64,000 nucleotides of DNA from an uncultured Gammaproteobacteria bacterium (GCA_964540055.1 CAZILC010000001.1:40045-104044), one strand, 5' to 3'; shown: positions 8,140-17,493, counted from the stretch's first letter. Made by a program: numbers and translations. Notes: generated from the sequence alone by a model not told the origin.

Positions 8140-8661
8140 TCAAGCAGCTCCGCAATCTTCACTTTTCTTACCTTCCTGTTCAATTTGAGCTCTTGTAACT
8201 GCTTGTTTCAAATCTTTTTGCACATTATTTTTACCTATTAAAAATACTACACTGTCAAAAGGTTTAATAACCTGATCCTGAATATCTTGTGTTTGCTGTC
8301 CATTGACATATGCAGTTACTTTAGACCAGTCAATCGGATAACTGATATTGACGAAAAGATCTTTCCATTTCCCGCCGGTTCTTTCAACATGCACTACATT
8401 TCCGACATAATCATGAAGATGCGCTTTATCATGCTGAATTGCTTCTGGACTATCATCTTCTGTCGCATGCAATGTACAGGGACTAACACTCATATATCTT
8501 GCACTTGAAAAATCAATTTTTTTATCGTTAATAAATAATACAAAACCTGCATGGTAGTGAGTTTTTTGAGGAGTTGTAAACGTTTTATATTCTTTGACAC
8601 CAAAAGTAGCGATGAGGGCAACAATAACTACAACGAGAATCCTGATAATCCACTTCTTCAT
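8140..8661 (-). CDS. hypothetical membrane-anchored His-rich protein
   Basis: 173 aa. N-terminal TM helix. HYHAGF...FINDKKIDFS...HDKAHLHDYVGNVVHVE pattern. No named family recognised. Confidence 0.5.
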   Translation of the reverse strand: MKKWIIRILVVVIVALIATFGVKEYKTFTTPQKTHYHAGFVLFINDKKIDFSSARYMSVSPCTLHATEDDSPEAIQHDKAHLHDYVGNVVHVERTGGKWKDLFVNISYPIDWSKVTAYVNGQQTQDIQDQVIKPFDSVVFLIGKNNVQKDLKQAVTRAQIEQEGKKSEDCGAA

Positions 8662-8691
8662 AAGTTCACCTATTGTAGCGCAACAATTGTT

Positions 8692-9399
8692 TTATGCCAA
8701 GTGCTTTTTCTTCGAAGATTGTTTTTGCACAACATCATGAATAATTTTTCCATCAAACAGCTCAATTTGCCTATCTGCAATTTTTGCATAATCCTTCTCA
8801 TGAGTAACCATAACGATAGTAAGTTTCTCTTCTTTATTTAGCCTTAAAAAAGTCTCCAATATTGTTTTTGATGACTCGGAGTCGAGATTGGCTGTCGGTT
8901 CATCGGCAAAGAGAATTTTGGGATTATGGACAATTGAGCGTGCAATACTCACCCGTTGCTGCTGTCCTCCTGAAAGTTGATTTGGGAGATTATCAAATTT
9001 TTCCGCCAAATCTACACGTTTGAGCGCCTCTTCGGCTTTGTCTGACACTTCGGATTGATTAATCCCTTGCATAAGCATTGGTAGCATTACATTTTCCTTC
9101 GCGGTGAGAGTCGGAAGTAAAGCATAATCCTGGAATATAAAACCGAAATTATTTAGCCGATAAATAACCCGTGCTTTGTCATCAAGTTGCGCAACATTTT
9201 GCCCGTCAATAATCACCTCACCTGCTGTTGGTTTATCAAGCAAACTAATATTATAAAGAAGTGTGCTTTTTCCGGCTCCTGAACGGCCTGTTATGGAAAT
9301 AAACTGACCGGTTGGAATTTCAAAACTCAAATTATTCAAAACAACCAATTCAGTTTCCCCCATTAAAAATTGCTTACGTAAATTTTTTATTTGAATCAT
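8692..9399 (-). CDS. ABC transporter ATP-binding protein (MacB/LolD type)
   Basis: Walker A GRSGAGKST, signature LSGGQQQR, Walker B ILFADEPT. Confidence 0.9.
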   Translation of the reverse strand: MIQIKNLRKQFLMGETELVVLNNLSFEIPTGQFISITGRSGAGKSTLLYNISLLDKPTAGEVIIDGQNVAQLDDKARVIYRLNNFGFIFQDYALLPTLTAKENVMLPMLMQGINQSEVSDKAEEALKRVDLAEKFDNLPNQLSGGQQQRVSIARSIVHNPKILFADEPTANLDSESSKTILETFLRLNKEEKLTIVMVTHEKDYAKIADRQIELFDGKIIHDVVQKQSSKKKHLA

Positions 9400-9400
9400 A

Positions 9401-10672
9401 TTATCTTCCTAAAATCGCATCCAATGTATTTTGTTTTGTAACGAGCCAGGCAGGAATAAATCCTGAAATAAAAGAAGTAATAATCAACGCCAATCCATTG
9501 TAAAAAACATTGCTGTAACCGATTGCGAGGGATGCATTTATGCTTGCAAAATTAAACGGATGTAAATCGACGTAGGGTTTAAGAAGTCCCATGATAAAAA
9601 TTGTTGAAATCGTTATTCCAGCTATTGCATAAAATAACGCTTGCAGAATATAGGAAATCTCTATAGCACGAGATGAAATACCAATACCTTTGAGAATTCC
9701 AATAAATTTTCTTCTTGTGATCGCGTTTACGTAGATAACGATAAATATCGTAACAGCACTTACCATCAAGGCAATTGCACCAACGAGATTACCTAACTTA
9801 CCAAGCGCCTGAATGATTGTGTAAATACTGCTTGGCAGTGCCTCTTTAGAAGTTTCGACGAGAACATTTTCATTCTTTGGTAAATTCCTGATGATAAATT
9901 GTTTTGCGGCTTCTTGATCAGTGTTTGGCTTAAGACGTATGGCAATTTCATTTGCATTAAGACTTTGATTTTGGGTCATTTCCCGAAAAGTAGACTCAGT
10001 CATATAAATACGAGAATCTACAAAAACACTGTTAGTGGTAAAAACACCTTTTATCGTCACCTCTTTTTGCACACCGTTAATGGTAAGTCTTACCCGTGAG
10101 CCAACATCAGCTTGCTGCAAAACTTTTGACCCTACTGCAAGTACAGCGCCTCTGACAGTTGCATATTTTTGAATAAGATTTGAACCGATGATAATTTCAT
10201 CAGCATCTGCGGGATTAAGATATGACCCCGCAACCATTGCCGTTGCTAATTTGCTCATATTATCTTCAGCAATCGGATCAATACCTGCTGCCGTTCCTGA
10301 TGCGGATTCTGACAAATCTGTGGGTCGTAATTTATTTTGATAATTGTACTCAAGAAGCCCTGTTGAAGTCTCCCTCGTTGAGACTGCCTTTACCGTCGGC
10401 AAACTATTTACCACATTCAAAATAGTATCGGTATCTTCAATATACGTTTTATTCGTCGCCGGAACGATAAATACATCGCCTGAATAATATTGCGGATACG
10501 TGCCAATTGCAGCACCTGCAAAACCGAGAAGAATGCCGCTCAGAAAGAGCATATTAAAAAAAGTTAGGCTAATGACAATGATAATGAGTGCAGTCGTCCA
10601 AGGATTATTTCGACGTATTTCACGAATTGCCAAGAAGAATCCAACAAAGAATGAGTTGTCTTTCCATAACAT
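9401..10672 (-). CDS. ABC transporter permease, FtsX/MacB-like
   Basis: 423 aa. TM1, a large extracytoplasmic domain, and a C-terminal FtsX-type three-TM bundle. 1-nt gap to the ATPase gene. Confidence 0.8.
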   Translation of the reverse strand: MLWKDNSFFVGFFLAIREIRRNNPWTTALIIIVISLTFFNMLFLSGILLGFAGAAIGTYPQYYSGDVFIVPATNKTYIEDTDTILNVVNSLPTVKAVSTRETSTGLLEYNYQNKLRPTDLSESASGTAAGIDPIAEDNMSKLATAMVAGSYLNPADADEIIIGSNLIQKYATVRGAVLAVGSKVLQQADVGSRVRLTINGVQKEVTIKGVFTTNSVFVDSRIYMTESTFREMTQNQSLNANEIAIRLKPNTDQEAAKQFIIRNLPKNENVLVETSKEALPSSIYTIIQALGKLGNLVGAIALMVSAVTIFIVIYVNAITRRKFIGILKGIGISSRAIEISYILQALFYAIAGITISTIFIMGLLKPYVDLHPFNFASINASLAIGYSNVFYNGLALIITSFISGFIPAWLVTKQNTLDAILGR

Positions 10673-10683
10673 AGTTAAATAAA

Positions 10684-11925
10684 TTACTCCGGATTCGCCA
10701 CAATGACCATTCCAACATCTAACCCACTGACAATCTCCGTCTTCGCAACACCCTTCTGTCCAAGAGTCACTGGAATTTGCTTATGACTATTTGCGGCCAA
10801 AACATAGGTATTGCCGTCTTTTGAAACGATGGCAGAATTTGGAACATCTATGACTCCATCGCGCCGAAGCGTTTCAATGGTTACAAGTGCCGTCATATTT
10901 GGCTTAATGCTTGGAGGTAATGGCGATGTCTCAATTCTTGCTGCATATGTGACTACGCCTTGGATATTGGTCCCGACTGTTGCTAACGTTGAAACTCTCG
11001 CAGGATAGGTATCGTTTCTCAATGCATCAAAAGTGACACTTGCCGGTTGGCCTTCCATCACGCGTGTAGCGTAATCTTCACTAATATTTACACTGATATA
11101 TGGGTCGGACAAATTTGCAATCACTAATACTGGTTGGGGTGTATTTGTTGAAATTGCCGCTTGACCGGTAGCAGATCCAGCAATTGTAACAGCAGTACTT
11201 GGAACGGTAACTGAATCTCCGACTCTATCTTGAAGATTAACTACTTTTCCATTTGCTGATGCATAAACAGTCGCGCTCTTTGTCTCATCATACTCACGCT
11301 TGGTTTGAGTTACTTTTGCTTGTGCTGCTGTAATTGCCGTGTCTGCCTGATTGTATTTCGTCTCATCCGCAGTAAATGTTTCATGGGCACTTGTGAGCTT
11401 AGACTCCGAGCTATCTACTTCATTTTTATTATAACCTGATCCGGTATTGGGATTGGTTTTGGTGCCGCCATACCCAGCAACCGTTAAATTATACGCATCT
11501 TGTGCATCAATAACGGACTGCCGATCTTTTTCCAAAGTCGCTTGGGCAGTTTGTTTAGCCTGTACAGCAGTTTGATACGTGCTTATTGCTGCAGTATAAT
11601 CGGTATAAGCTGCGTTCATTTGATCTGTTGTTGCTGTACTTTCAACATGAAAAAGGGTATCGCCTTTTTTGACAGAATCTCCATTCTTAACATACAGTTG
11701 AGAAATTATCCCGTTCGCAGGTGAAGTGACAATTGTTTGAGCTGCTGTTGTGTAGGTTCCACTTACTTGAACGGTATCTACCAAATCTTCTTTTTTAACG
11801 GTATAGGGAATATCCGGACTGGGTTTCTGAAGGATAATTGTACGAACAATAAGAAATATTGTGATACCAATAATTGGAACAAGAAACAATTTCCTTTTAT
11901 GAATTTCGGACAGAATACTATTCAT
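10684..11925 (-). CDS. HlyD-family periplasmic adaptor (MacA-like)
   Basis: The ORF track starts at GTG 11928. I prefer ATG 11925, which lies 8 nt after a TATAAT. N-terminal TM, coiled-coil hairpin, beta-barrel C-terminal part. Confidence 0.75.
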   Translation of the reverse strand: MNSILSEIHKRKLFLVPIIGITIFLIVRTIILQKPSPDIPYTVKKEDLVDTVQVSGTYTTAAQTIVTSPANGIISQLYVKNGDSVKKGDTLFHVESTATTDQMNAAYTDYTAAISTYQTAVQAKQTAQATLEKDRQSVIDAQDAYNLTVAGYGGTKTNPNTGSGYNKNEVDSSESKLTSAHETFTADETKYNQADTAITAAQAKVTQTKREYDETKSATVYASANGKVVNLQDRVGDSVTVPSTAVTIAGSATGQAAISTNTPQPVLVIANLSDPYISVNISEDYATRVMEGQPASVTFDALRNDTYPARVSTLATVGTNIQGVVTYAARIETSPLPPSIKPNMTALVTIETLRRDGVIDVPNSAIVSKDGNTYVLAANSHKQIPVTLGQKGVAKTEIVSGLDVGMVIVANPE

Positions 11926-11933
11926 CACATTTT

Positions 11934-11966
11934 ATTATAGAACAGGTAGAACTAAAAACTCTACCT
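11934..11966 (-). promoter_or_regulatory. pump promoter (-10 TATAAT) with overlapping inverted repeat AGGTAGA-N9-TCTACCT
   Basis: TATAAT (minus) at 11939..11934. The 7-bp-arm inverted repeat at 11944..11966 covers the -35/spacer position. Confidence 0.5.
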
Positions 11967-11972
11967 AAATTT

Positions 11973-11989
11973 ATTCAACACTGTTGAAT
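11973..11989. promoter_or_regulatory. perfect palindrome ATTCAACA-C-TGTTGAAT (candidate TetR operator)
   Basis: 17-bp dyad in the 119-bp divergent region between the pump operon and tetR. The half-site TTGAATTATTT recurs at about 12011. Confidence 0.55.
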
Positions 11990-12044
11990 TATTTTTGTCA
12001 AGTATTCTTGAATTATTTATACCTTTGTATTATGCTTGTGAACA

Positions 12045-12644
12045 ATGGATGCACTCAAAAAGGCCGGAAGACGTCCCGGAAAAACTGCAACGAAAGAACA
12101 AATCATTTCTGCTGCACAAACGTTTTTTGCAAAAACCAGCTACGATCAGACGACAATCCGGGACATTGCCAAACAAGCACACGTCGATCCGGCACTCATA
12201 ATGCACTATTTCAGAACAAAACAAGAACTTTTTATCTCGGCAATGACTCCCCCACAACAAGTGCCCCAAAAAATTGCAAAAGCTCTTGAAGGCGATGCAG
12301 AAACTCTTGGATTACGACTCGCAACACTTTTTGTAGGTCTATTAGAAGCAAAAGCGACAAATCAAATTGTTATTGGAGTCTTACGCGCGGTAATTCACGT
12401 ACCAGAGGCTGCTTCACTCCTCAAAACAATACTGGTGAGTCCAATCCTAACTGTGTTTAAAAAATCAGGAAAACTTGATAATCCCGAACTTCGGGCAACA
12501 CTCGTACAGACACAACTAGTCGGATTAGTCATAACTCGATATATTCTCAAAATTGAACCGATCGCATCACTTCCGAAGGACGAATTAATTTCCTACATCG
12601 CACCCACATTGCAAAGATATCTTACAGTAGAGTTAAAGAAATAA
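12045..12644 (+). CDS. TetR/AcrR-family transcriptional regulator
   Basis: 199 aa. KEQIISAAQTFFAKTSYDQTTIRDIAKQAHVDPALIMHYFRTKQELF is a typical TetR HTH. Confidence 0.85.
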   Translation: MDALKKAGRRPGKTATKEQIISAAQTFFAKTSYDQTTIRDIAKQAHVDPALIMHYFRTKQELFISAMTPPQQVPQKIAKALEGDAETLGLRLATLFVGLLEAKATNQIVIGVLRAVIHVPEAASLLKTILVSPILTVFKKSGKLDNPELRATLVQTQLVGLVITRYILKIEPIASLPKDELISYIAPTLQRYLTVELKK

Positions 12645-12647
12645 TTT

Positions 12648-12676
12648 TTGACTTTGCAATAAAACACTTTTATACT
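12648..12676 (+). promoter_or_regulatory. promoter: TTGACT-17-TATACT, with the ATG 9 nt downstream
   Basis: TTGACT at 12648..12653, TATACT at 12671..12676, tagaacact, ATG at 12686. Confidence 0.65.
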
Positions 12677-12685
12677 TAGAACACT

Positions 12686-13174
12686 ATGGCAGAAGGCGAC
12701 GCAGAAATCCAACATGGGAAACAGGAACCTCCAGAATCTATTGCAAATAGATTGAGAAAAGCTGAAGGATCTGTTAAGGGAGTGACTAAATCTGATCTAG
12801 CTCGGGAGATTGCTAGATTTGCAGAGGAACAAGATGCTGATGGCATACGAGATTTATATAGTGCCTACGCAGATTGGGAAAGTCGCGGTAATGGTTTTAA
12901 AGGAGAAGAAATGAGAAGAGTTACTCCTCGGAGCCCTGACGTATTGGAGCAAGATATAAACAAGAATCTCGACACAGCAGCAGCACTTGCAGATGCTCTC
13001 ATTGCCAATAACGGAGATGAGTATTTAGCATTTAAAGCAATAGCAGATGGTACCGGACTAAACACAGTGGGAACGATAAGACAATATTATCGTGAGACCG
13101 TGGGATATGAACCAGCTCCTGAAATGCAACCAATACTTCAATATCAAGCGGCCCCAGATAATCCCCTCGAATAA
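12686..13174 (+). CDS. hypothetical protein (ORFan A), acidic
   Basis: 162 aa intact ORF with its own consensus promoter. No family recognised. Possible HTH-like segments GVTKSDLAREIARF and GLNTVGTIRQYY. Confidence 0.5.
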   Translation: MAEGDAEIQHGKQEPPESIANRLRKAEGSVKGVTKSDLAREIARFAEEQDADGIRDLYSAYADWESRGNGFKGEEMRRVTPRSPDVLEQDINKNLDTAAALADALIANNGDEYLAFKAIADGTGLNTVGTIRQYYRETVGYEPAPEMQPILQYQAAPDNPLE

Positions 13175-13177
13175 TAT

Positions 13178-13822
13178 TTACGAATTGGTATTTTCCATGA
13201 GTAACAAAATCTTATGCGTTGTTGTATAGTTTCGGATAGTCAGGTCTTTATATATTTTTCGGCTGGCAAGTTTGGTAAAACCACTTTGTGTCAAACCGCT
13301 CATCTTTGTTGTCATATACATAACTCCATTGCCTGCTTTGACCGAGTCTACGCCTTCTTTTAGTGTAACCTCTTTAATAACATCTTCTACTTTGACAGGT
13401 TCTTTGATAAATGCCAGATAACAACGTAAATCATTTTCTTTTTTCCACTCTATTGGTACCTCTTCAATCACCTTTTTAACCTGCGAATATGAGCGAATAA
13501 CGATTCGTGAATGTACATTGAATGTTGTCAAAACCGTTTCTTCTAATTTCTTAGCTATCATTTCAGTATCTTTTGCATCAGATGAGAAAACCACGTTGCC
13601 GCTTTGAATAAAGGTAGTCACATCGGCAAATCCGCACTTTTCAAAAGCAACTTTAAGATCAGCCATTTTGATAATGCTGTTACCTCCTACATTTATACCG
13701 CGTAATAAAGCCAAGTATTTAATGAAATTTTTCTCCTTTCCTAAGCATTGCCAGTATCTTCTCCATTCTTTTTTGTCTGGTCTCTGGAGTTTTGGCTGTT
13801 TGTAAACGCCAGACAATCGCAT
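13178..13822 (-). CDS. DUF1697-domain protein
   Basis: YLALLRGINVGGNSIIKMADLKVAFEKCGFADVTTFIQSGNVVF is the DUF1697 N-terminus. The true start is probably near 13723 (ATT, with AAGGAG 9 nt upstream), not 13822, which overlaps ydeI by 104 nt. Confidence 0.65.
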   Translation of the reverse strand: MRLSGVYKQPKLQRPDKKEWRRYWQCLGKEKNFIKYLALLRGINVGGNSIIKMADLKVAFEKCGFADVTTFIQSGNVVFSSDAKDTEMIAKKLEETVLTTFNVHSRIVIRSYSQVKKVIEEVPIEWKKENDLRCYLAFIKEPVKVEDVIKEVTLKEGVDSVKAGNGVMYMTTKMSGLTQSGFTKLASRKIYKDLTIRNYTTTHKILLLMENTNS

Positions 13823-14297
13823 ATGTATTTGTCTTATTCAACGATTTGAAAAAAGACTCTGCAGATGTATTTTTTGCAAGTTCCTGTAAAAAATCTTTTG
13901 GAATCTGCATTTCAGTTGAACTGTCATATGCATTGTGCCAACTTCCGTTTGCTTTTGCTATTTCAATCGCAACCAAACCAGCAGGCTGCATTTTCCCCTC
14001 CATTATCAACGTTTCAACATGCTCCACATTCTTTTTTGACCAGACACTTTTTGCTTTACGTGGAGTAAATCGTATTACATAATGCTTATCATCAAATTTG
14101 TTCAACAGACCATCGATCCAACCAAAACACAACGCAACTTCCAAGGCTTCATCATAAGAGATTGAAACAACACCGCTATTTTTTTTGGCAAATTTTATCC
14201 AGACAGCAGAAAACTTATCGTGATTTTTTGAGAGCCAATCCTCCCATTCATTTGGAGTTTCAAACAGAAATACGGGTGTGTCTTTATGCAGTTCCAC
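13719..14297 (-). CDS. YdeI/OmpD-associated family protein
   Basis: 192 aa. WEDWL...WIKFAKKNSG...ISYDEALEVALCFGWIDG...FTPRKAKSVWSKKN pattern of the YdeI family. Confidence 0.75.
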   Translation of the reverse strand: MELHKDTPVFLFETPNEWEDWLSKNHDKFSAVWIKFAKKNSGVVSISYDEALEVALCFGWIDGLLNKFDDKHYVIRFTPRKAKSVWSKKNVEHVETLIMEGKMQPAGLVAIEIAKANGSWHNAYDSSTEMQIPKDFLQELAKNTSAESFFKSLNKTNTYAIVWRLQTAKTPETRQKRMEKILAMLRKGEKFH

Positions 14298-14337
14298 AAG
14301 AAGATTATAGCAAGTTATAAAAAATTTTAAACGTTAT

Positions 14338-15792
14338 TTAGTATCCTGAAACAGACTCAATAGCGCTTGCCATCGCGCTATAACCAGATGCATTTGGGTG
14401 GAAGTCAGATGGGCTTGCACAGAAATTTGTGAGCGAACAAACGTTACTCGAGTTAAAGATACTGTAGGTATTTGCTTCACGGAGGCCTCGTGATGAGGCT
14501 TCATTATCAACAATTTGATTAATTCCGCTCACCAAAGCATCAGAGCTATCGTAATATACGGGATCAGGAGATTTGATCAAAATTATTCGTGCACTAGGGG
14601 CAGCTTTTTGCAATGCATTGAGAATTGTGTCGTAATTTTGTTTTTCAGTATTCAGAACATTTTGTGTGCGTTGACTATAGCAGCTTGCTGGATTGGATTG
14701 AGCTTGACAGGTATTTGAAAGATTTATCGCGTCATTTACACCGATATCAATTGTCACGACAGAGGATGGATTTTGCTGCAAATAATTTACAGCTGCTTGA
14801 AGTTGCACTTGGTTCGTCGGATAACTGCTGTGAAGTGAGCTTGTACTTGAATGAAATGCGCATCCCCCATTTACAAAACTTCCTGAAGTTTCTCCAGGAC
14901 AGGAATAATTAACTTCGTTAATCCCACTGAGTTTACCTTTGAGATAATTATAAAAATCTGTGTCATATCCATCATTAAATGATGATGCACTGTAGGTATG
15001 ATTGGCAATCTCCTGATTGTATTGTGCTAGATGATAACCAAATGCGAAAGAATCACCAAGTGCAAGATAGTGCGCTGATCCTTGTGTCGGGGTTGGTGTA
15101 GTAGTAGGAGTTGGCGTCGCTGTTGGCTTTATTGTCGGCGTGGCAGTTGGAGTAAATCCGGATGTTGGGGTTGGCACAGCAGATCCACCGCTATAACAAG
15201 ACCAACTATATGGATTGTTTGGTGAATCTTCCTGAGCAAAAGCCGAAGAATTTGCGTATTGCCACTGACAGGCACCATTCATATTAATTGAAGAACCCGA
15301 TGGCGTACAAACCCAAGTTGATCCGTTTAAGCTCGAATTGCTTTGCCCAATACTCTGACAGTAACCACCTAAATTCATGCCTCCCAATCTAACGCTTGTT
15401 ACGGAGGTCGTGGGTGTTGGAATAGCACTTGCTGTGGGGGTGGGTAAAACCGTTTGTGTAGGAGTTGCAGTTGGCGTCACTGGTGCAGACCCGGCATAAC
15501 AAGTCCAGGAATAAGGATTTCCGGGAGAATCTTGTGATGCAACGGCATTTTGTCCAGGATATTGCCATTGACAGGCAGCATTCATATCTAATGCATTATT
15601 TGAAGGAGTGCAAACCCAAGTGGAACCGTTTAAAGAAACACCGTTCTGTCCAATACTTGAACAGTAGCCGCCGAGATTCATTCCACCGAGTCGTTGTCCA
15701 GCTGCTGTTGCTTGTTGAAGAGAAACGCCGAAGAAAGCGAATATAAAGATAGTTAAAACTATAAGGATGAAATAAGTTCTCACTCGCGCCAT
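14338..15792 (-). CDS. secreted SGNH/GDSL hydrolase with two N-terminal Cys-rich repeats and PT linkers
   Basis: Start taken at ATG 15792 (MARVRTYFILIV, a signal peptide). 66-aa repeats at 15496..15693 and 15193..15390. Catalytic block LALGDSFAFGY and C-terminal DFHPN (GDS...DxxH). Confidence 0.75.
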   Translation of the reverse strand: MARVRTYFILIVLTIFIFAFFGVSLQQATAAGQRLGGMNLGGYCSSIGQNGVSLNGSTWVCTPSNNALDMNAACQWQYPGQNAVASQDSPGNPYSWTCYAGSAPVTPTATPTQTVLPTPTASAIPTPTTSVTSVRLGGMNLGGYCQSIGQSNSSLNGSTWVCTPSGSSINMNGACQWQYANSSAFAQEDSPNNPYSWSCYSGGSAVPTPTSGFTPTATPTIKPTATPTPTTTPTPTQGSAHYLALGDSFAFGYHLAQYNQEIANHTYSASSFNDGYDTDFYNYLKGKLSGINEVNYSCPGETSGSFVNGGCAFHSSTSSLHSSYPTNQVQLQAAVNYLQQNPSSVVTIDIGVNDAINLSNTCQAQSNPASCYSQRTQNVLNTEKQNYDTILNALQKAAPSARIILIKSPDPVYYDSSDALVSGINQIVDNEASSRGLREANTYSIFNSSNVCSLTNFCASPSDFHPNASGYSAMASAIESVSGY

Positions 15793-15892
15793 GTTATTAA
15801 GCTTCTCAGGGCAGCGTAAAGCTATAATACAAATCTTATAATATCTCCGTGAAAAATGCAACAGCAATTTTCATGAAAATAATCTATGGCTC

Positions 15893-16468
15893 TTAGGAAA
15901 ACTCTGCGAGCCCCTCTTTTAAAGCAACAATTGCCAGAACTATCGCCATCAAATGATCAGCCCACCACCAACCAAATACTGCGTTCAAAAAAAGACCAAG
16001 CAACACAGCTGCGGCAAGTCCTCCATCGATAAGGGTAAATTTAGCATCAGCAAGCACTGTTTCACTTCCCATTTTATTGCCGATATGTTTCTTAATAAGA
16101 CCCAAACTAGCCATCATTAGTATTGTCAGGACGATAAAGATAATTCCCAGAAATGAGGAATCAGGATGTTTATGTGAGGATAATCCTGCTATTGCTTGGA
16201 TAAAAATATAAATTGAAACGATAAAATATGCAATGCCGATTAATTGTAAAGCAACTTTTTCTCGTTTTTTTGTACCTCCTTTAAGATCCCAGACAACAAC
16301 ACTTGATGCAAAAATTTCAACGCCTGATTCAAGGCCGTAAGCAAGAAGAGCACTTGAACCGATTAGAACTCCAATTGTGATGCATACTATCCCTTCCAGA
16401 AGATTCCAGGCGATAGTGAGATATTCATAGAACAATGCTTTTTTAAGGAGTTTCTGCTGCATGTACAC
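15893..16468 (-). CDS. cation-transporter-like membrane protein (CDF TM-domain-like)
   Basis: 191 aa, 5-6 TM helices. YEYLTIAWNLLEGIVCITIGVLIGSSALLAYGLESGVE resembles short 'cation transporter' proteins. Confidence 0.55.
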   Translation of the reverse strand: MYMQQKLLKKALFYEYLTIAWNLLEGIVCITIGVLIGSSALLAYGLESGVEIFASSVVVWDLKGGTKKREKVALQLIGIAYFIVSIYIFIQAIAGLSSHKHPDSSFLGIIFIVLTILMMASLGLIKKHIGNKMGSETVLADAKFTLIDGGLAAAVLLGLFLNAVFGWWWADHLMAIVLAIVALKEGLAEFS

Positions 16469-16684
16469 TTATTTCACTTTTTTATTTTTCTGGAAGAACA
16501 ATATATATATGATTGGTAAAATACCAACAGTATTAAAAATAGCGACAGCAATAAACCATCCTAACTGATTATTTCTGGCAGCTTTCCACATGGCAATTGT
16601 TTTCCAAACTATATCCCACAGAAGTAAAATGATTATTATCGGATTTGATACAATATTTATAATTTGTTCATGAACAACTTCCAT
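16469..16684 (-). CDS. DUF5652-family small membrane protein
   Basis: 71 aa. WDIVWKTIAMWKAARNNQLGWFIAVAIFNTVGILPIIYI motif. AGGAGGTG SD 4 nt upstream. Confidence 0.6.
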   Translation of the reverse strand: MEVVHEQIINIVSNPIIIILLLWDIVWKTIAMWKAARNNQLGWFIAVAIFNTVGILPIIYILFFQKNKKVK

Positions 16685-16734
16685 AAGTCACCTCCTCTCA
16701 TATAATACAATATTTTATATTTCTCTGCAGTGAT

Positions 16735-17493
16735 CTACATCAAAATAACTTTAATAAGTAATCCAACACACACAAGTATAGTAACGAATTTAATTAATCT
16801 TTCACCCCTTTTAATCGCAATATGTGCGCCTAAATAGCCTCCAATGATACTTCCTACAAAAAGCGGGATGCCGTATTGATAATCAACAACACCCTTAACT
16901 GTAAATGTAGCCGCTGAAATAATAGTAATGAGTACAGCTAATATATTCATAAGAGCTGCGCTTTCTAAATAAGTAAGACTCATGAATTTTCTTAAAACAA
17001 ATGCCAAGAAAATCCCACCACCAATTCCAATTGATCCTTGATAAAGACTGACAATAAACGACCAAACGAGTGCTCCAATTGAAGGAATATGAGAAGTATT
17101 TGTAGAAGTATTGCCTAATGGCTTTTTATTATTTTGAGGAATAATTGTTAAAACAAGAATTATTGCTGTTGCGATCAGAATAATATACTTTAAAACATGT
17201 TCATTAATACTAAGAGTCAGGTTAGCGGCGATAATAGCACCAATTGAAACAACAATTGCCAAAACAACTAACGCTTTATTCCATATGATTATTTTGGCTT
17301 TATAATATTTTGCGCCGCCAGTAAGGAGCCCACCAATAGGAATAAATTTGCTGGTTGCAAGTGATGCGTAGGGATTGAGTCCTAATGCAAGTAATAATGG
17401 CGTAGTTATTAACCCGCCTCCCCCGCCTGTTACATTGATAAAACCGTTGGCAATTCCGATCAATAACAAGACTATAAGGGAAAAAAGATGCAT
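16735..17493 (-). CDS. TauE/SafE-family sulfite/anion exporter
   Basis: 252 aa, about 8 TM helices, Gly-rich TM motifs (GGGGGLITTPLL, GIGGGIFL). Confidence 0.75.
   Translation of the reverse strand: MHLFSLIVLLLIGIANGFINVTGGGGGLITTPLLLALGLNPYASLATSKFIPIGGLLTGGAKYYKAKIIIWNKALVVLAIVVSIGAIIAANLTLSINEHVLKYIILIATAIILVLTIIPQNNKKPLGNTSTNTSHIPSIGALVWSFIVSLYQGSIGIGGGIFLAFVLRKFMSLTYLESAALMNILAVLITIISAATFTVKGVVDYQYGIPLFVGSIIGGYLGAHIAIKRGERLIKFVTILVCVGLLIKVILM

Noticed and set aside
11984-12289. ORFs 11984..12289, 11995..12201 and 12030..12269 around the tetR start
   Set aside because: They overlap the TetR gene and its operator region in other frames or on the other strand. They have no homology-like features.
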